Positions 63,996 through 64,000 of a stretch of 64,000 bases of DNA are shown here, one piece after another (positions within the stretch are counted from its first letter, which is position 1; each line of letters opens with the position of its first letter). The stretch is from Lytechinus pictus (taxonomy: Eukaryota). The stretch spans positions 17,238,001 through 17,302,000 of the forward strand of contig NC_087252.1 of the NCBI RefSeq assembly GCF_037042905.1, in the 5' to 3' direction. The notes below the pieces were generated by a model that searched no databases, had not been told where the DNA came from, and worked only from the letters and a program-made list of their open reading frames with translations. Made by a program: the position numbers and the translations under genes.

Positions 63996-64000
63996 GAAAT

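Overview
AT-rich animal genomic DNA, most likely a sea urchin or other echinoderm (inferred from repeat types and gene content, not proven). Three intron-containing genes lie on the + strand. (1) An ODR4 (odr-4/C1orf27) homolog with 11 coding exons at 3133-20783. Its first coding exon was not found and is probably upstream. It has a probable U12 (minor spliceosome) intron and two decayed partial exon duplications. (2) A complete 8-exon, ~789 aa secreted protein at 28421-42421: signal peptide plus three [VWC domain + ~145 aa four-cysteine module I cannot name] units, with a Thr/Pro and (GK)7 linker and all introns phase 1. (3) The first coding exon of an unidentified coiled-coil protein at 60617-61127. 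The rest is dense, often nested non-autonomous transposons (Kolobok-, hAT-, Tc1-, Harbinger-, piggyBac-, P-, MULE- and Helentron-like), SINEs, an RTE LINE fragment and microsatellites. Highlights: a 3.9 kb near-perfect palindrome centred on a MITE, a SINE-like element with a 7SL (Alu-domain) head, and a Penelope-like insert with a U3-A8 minimal hammerhead ribozyme. Most ORF-track entries are spurious. All family assignments are from visual recognition, with no database search.
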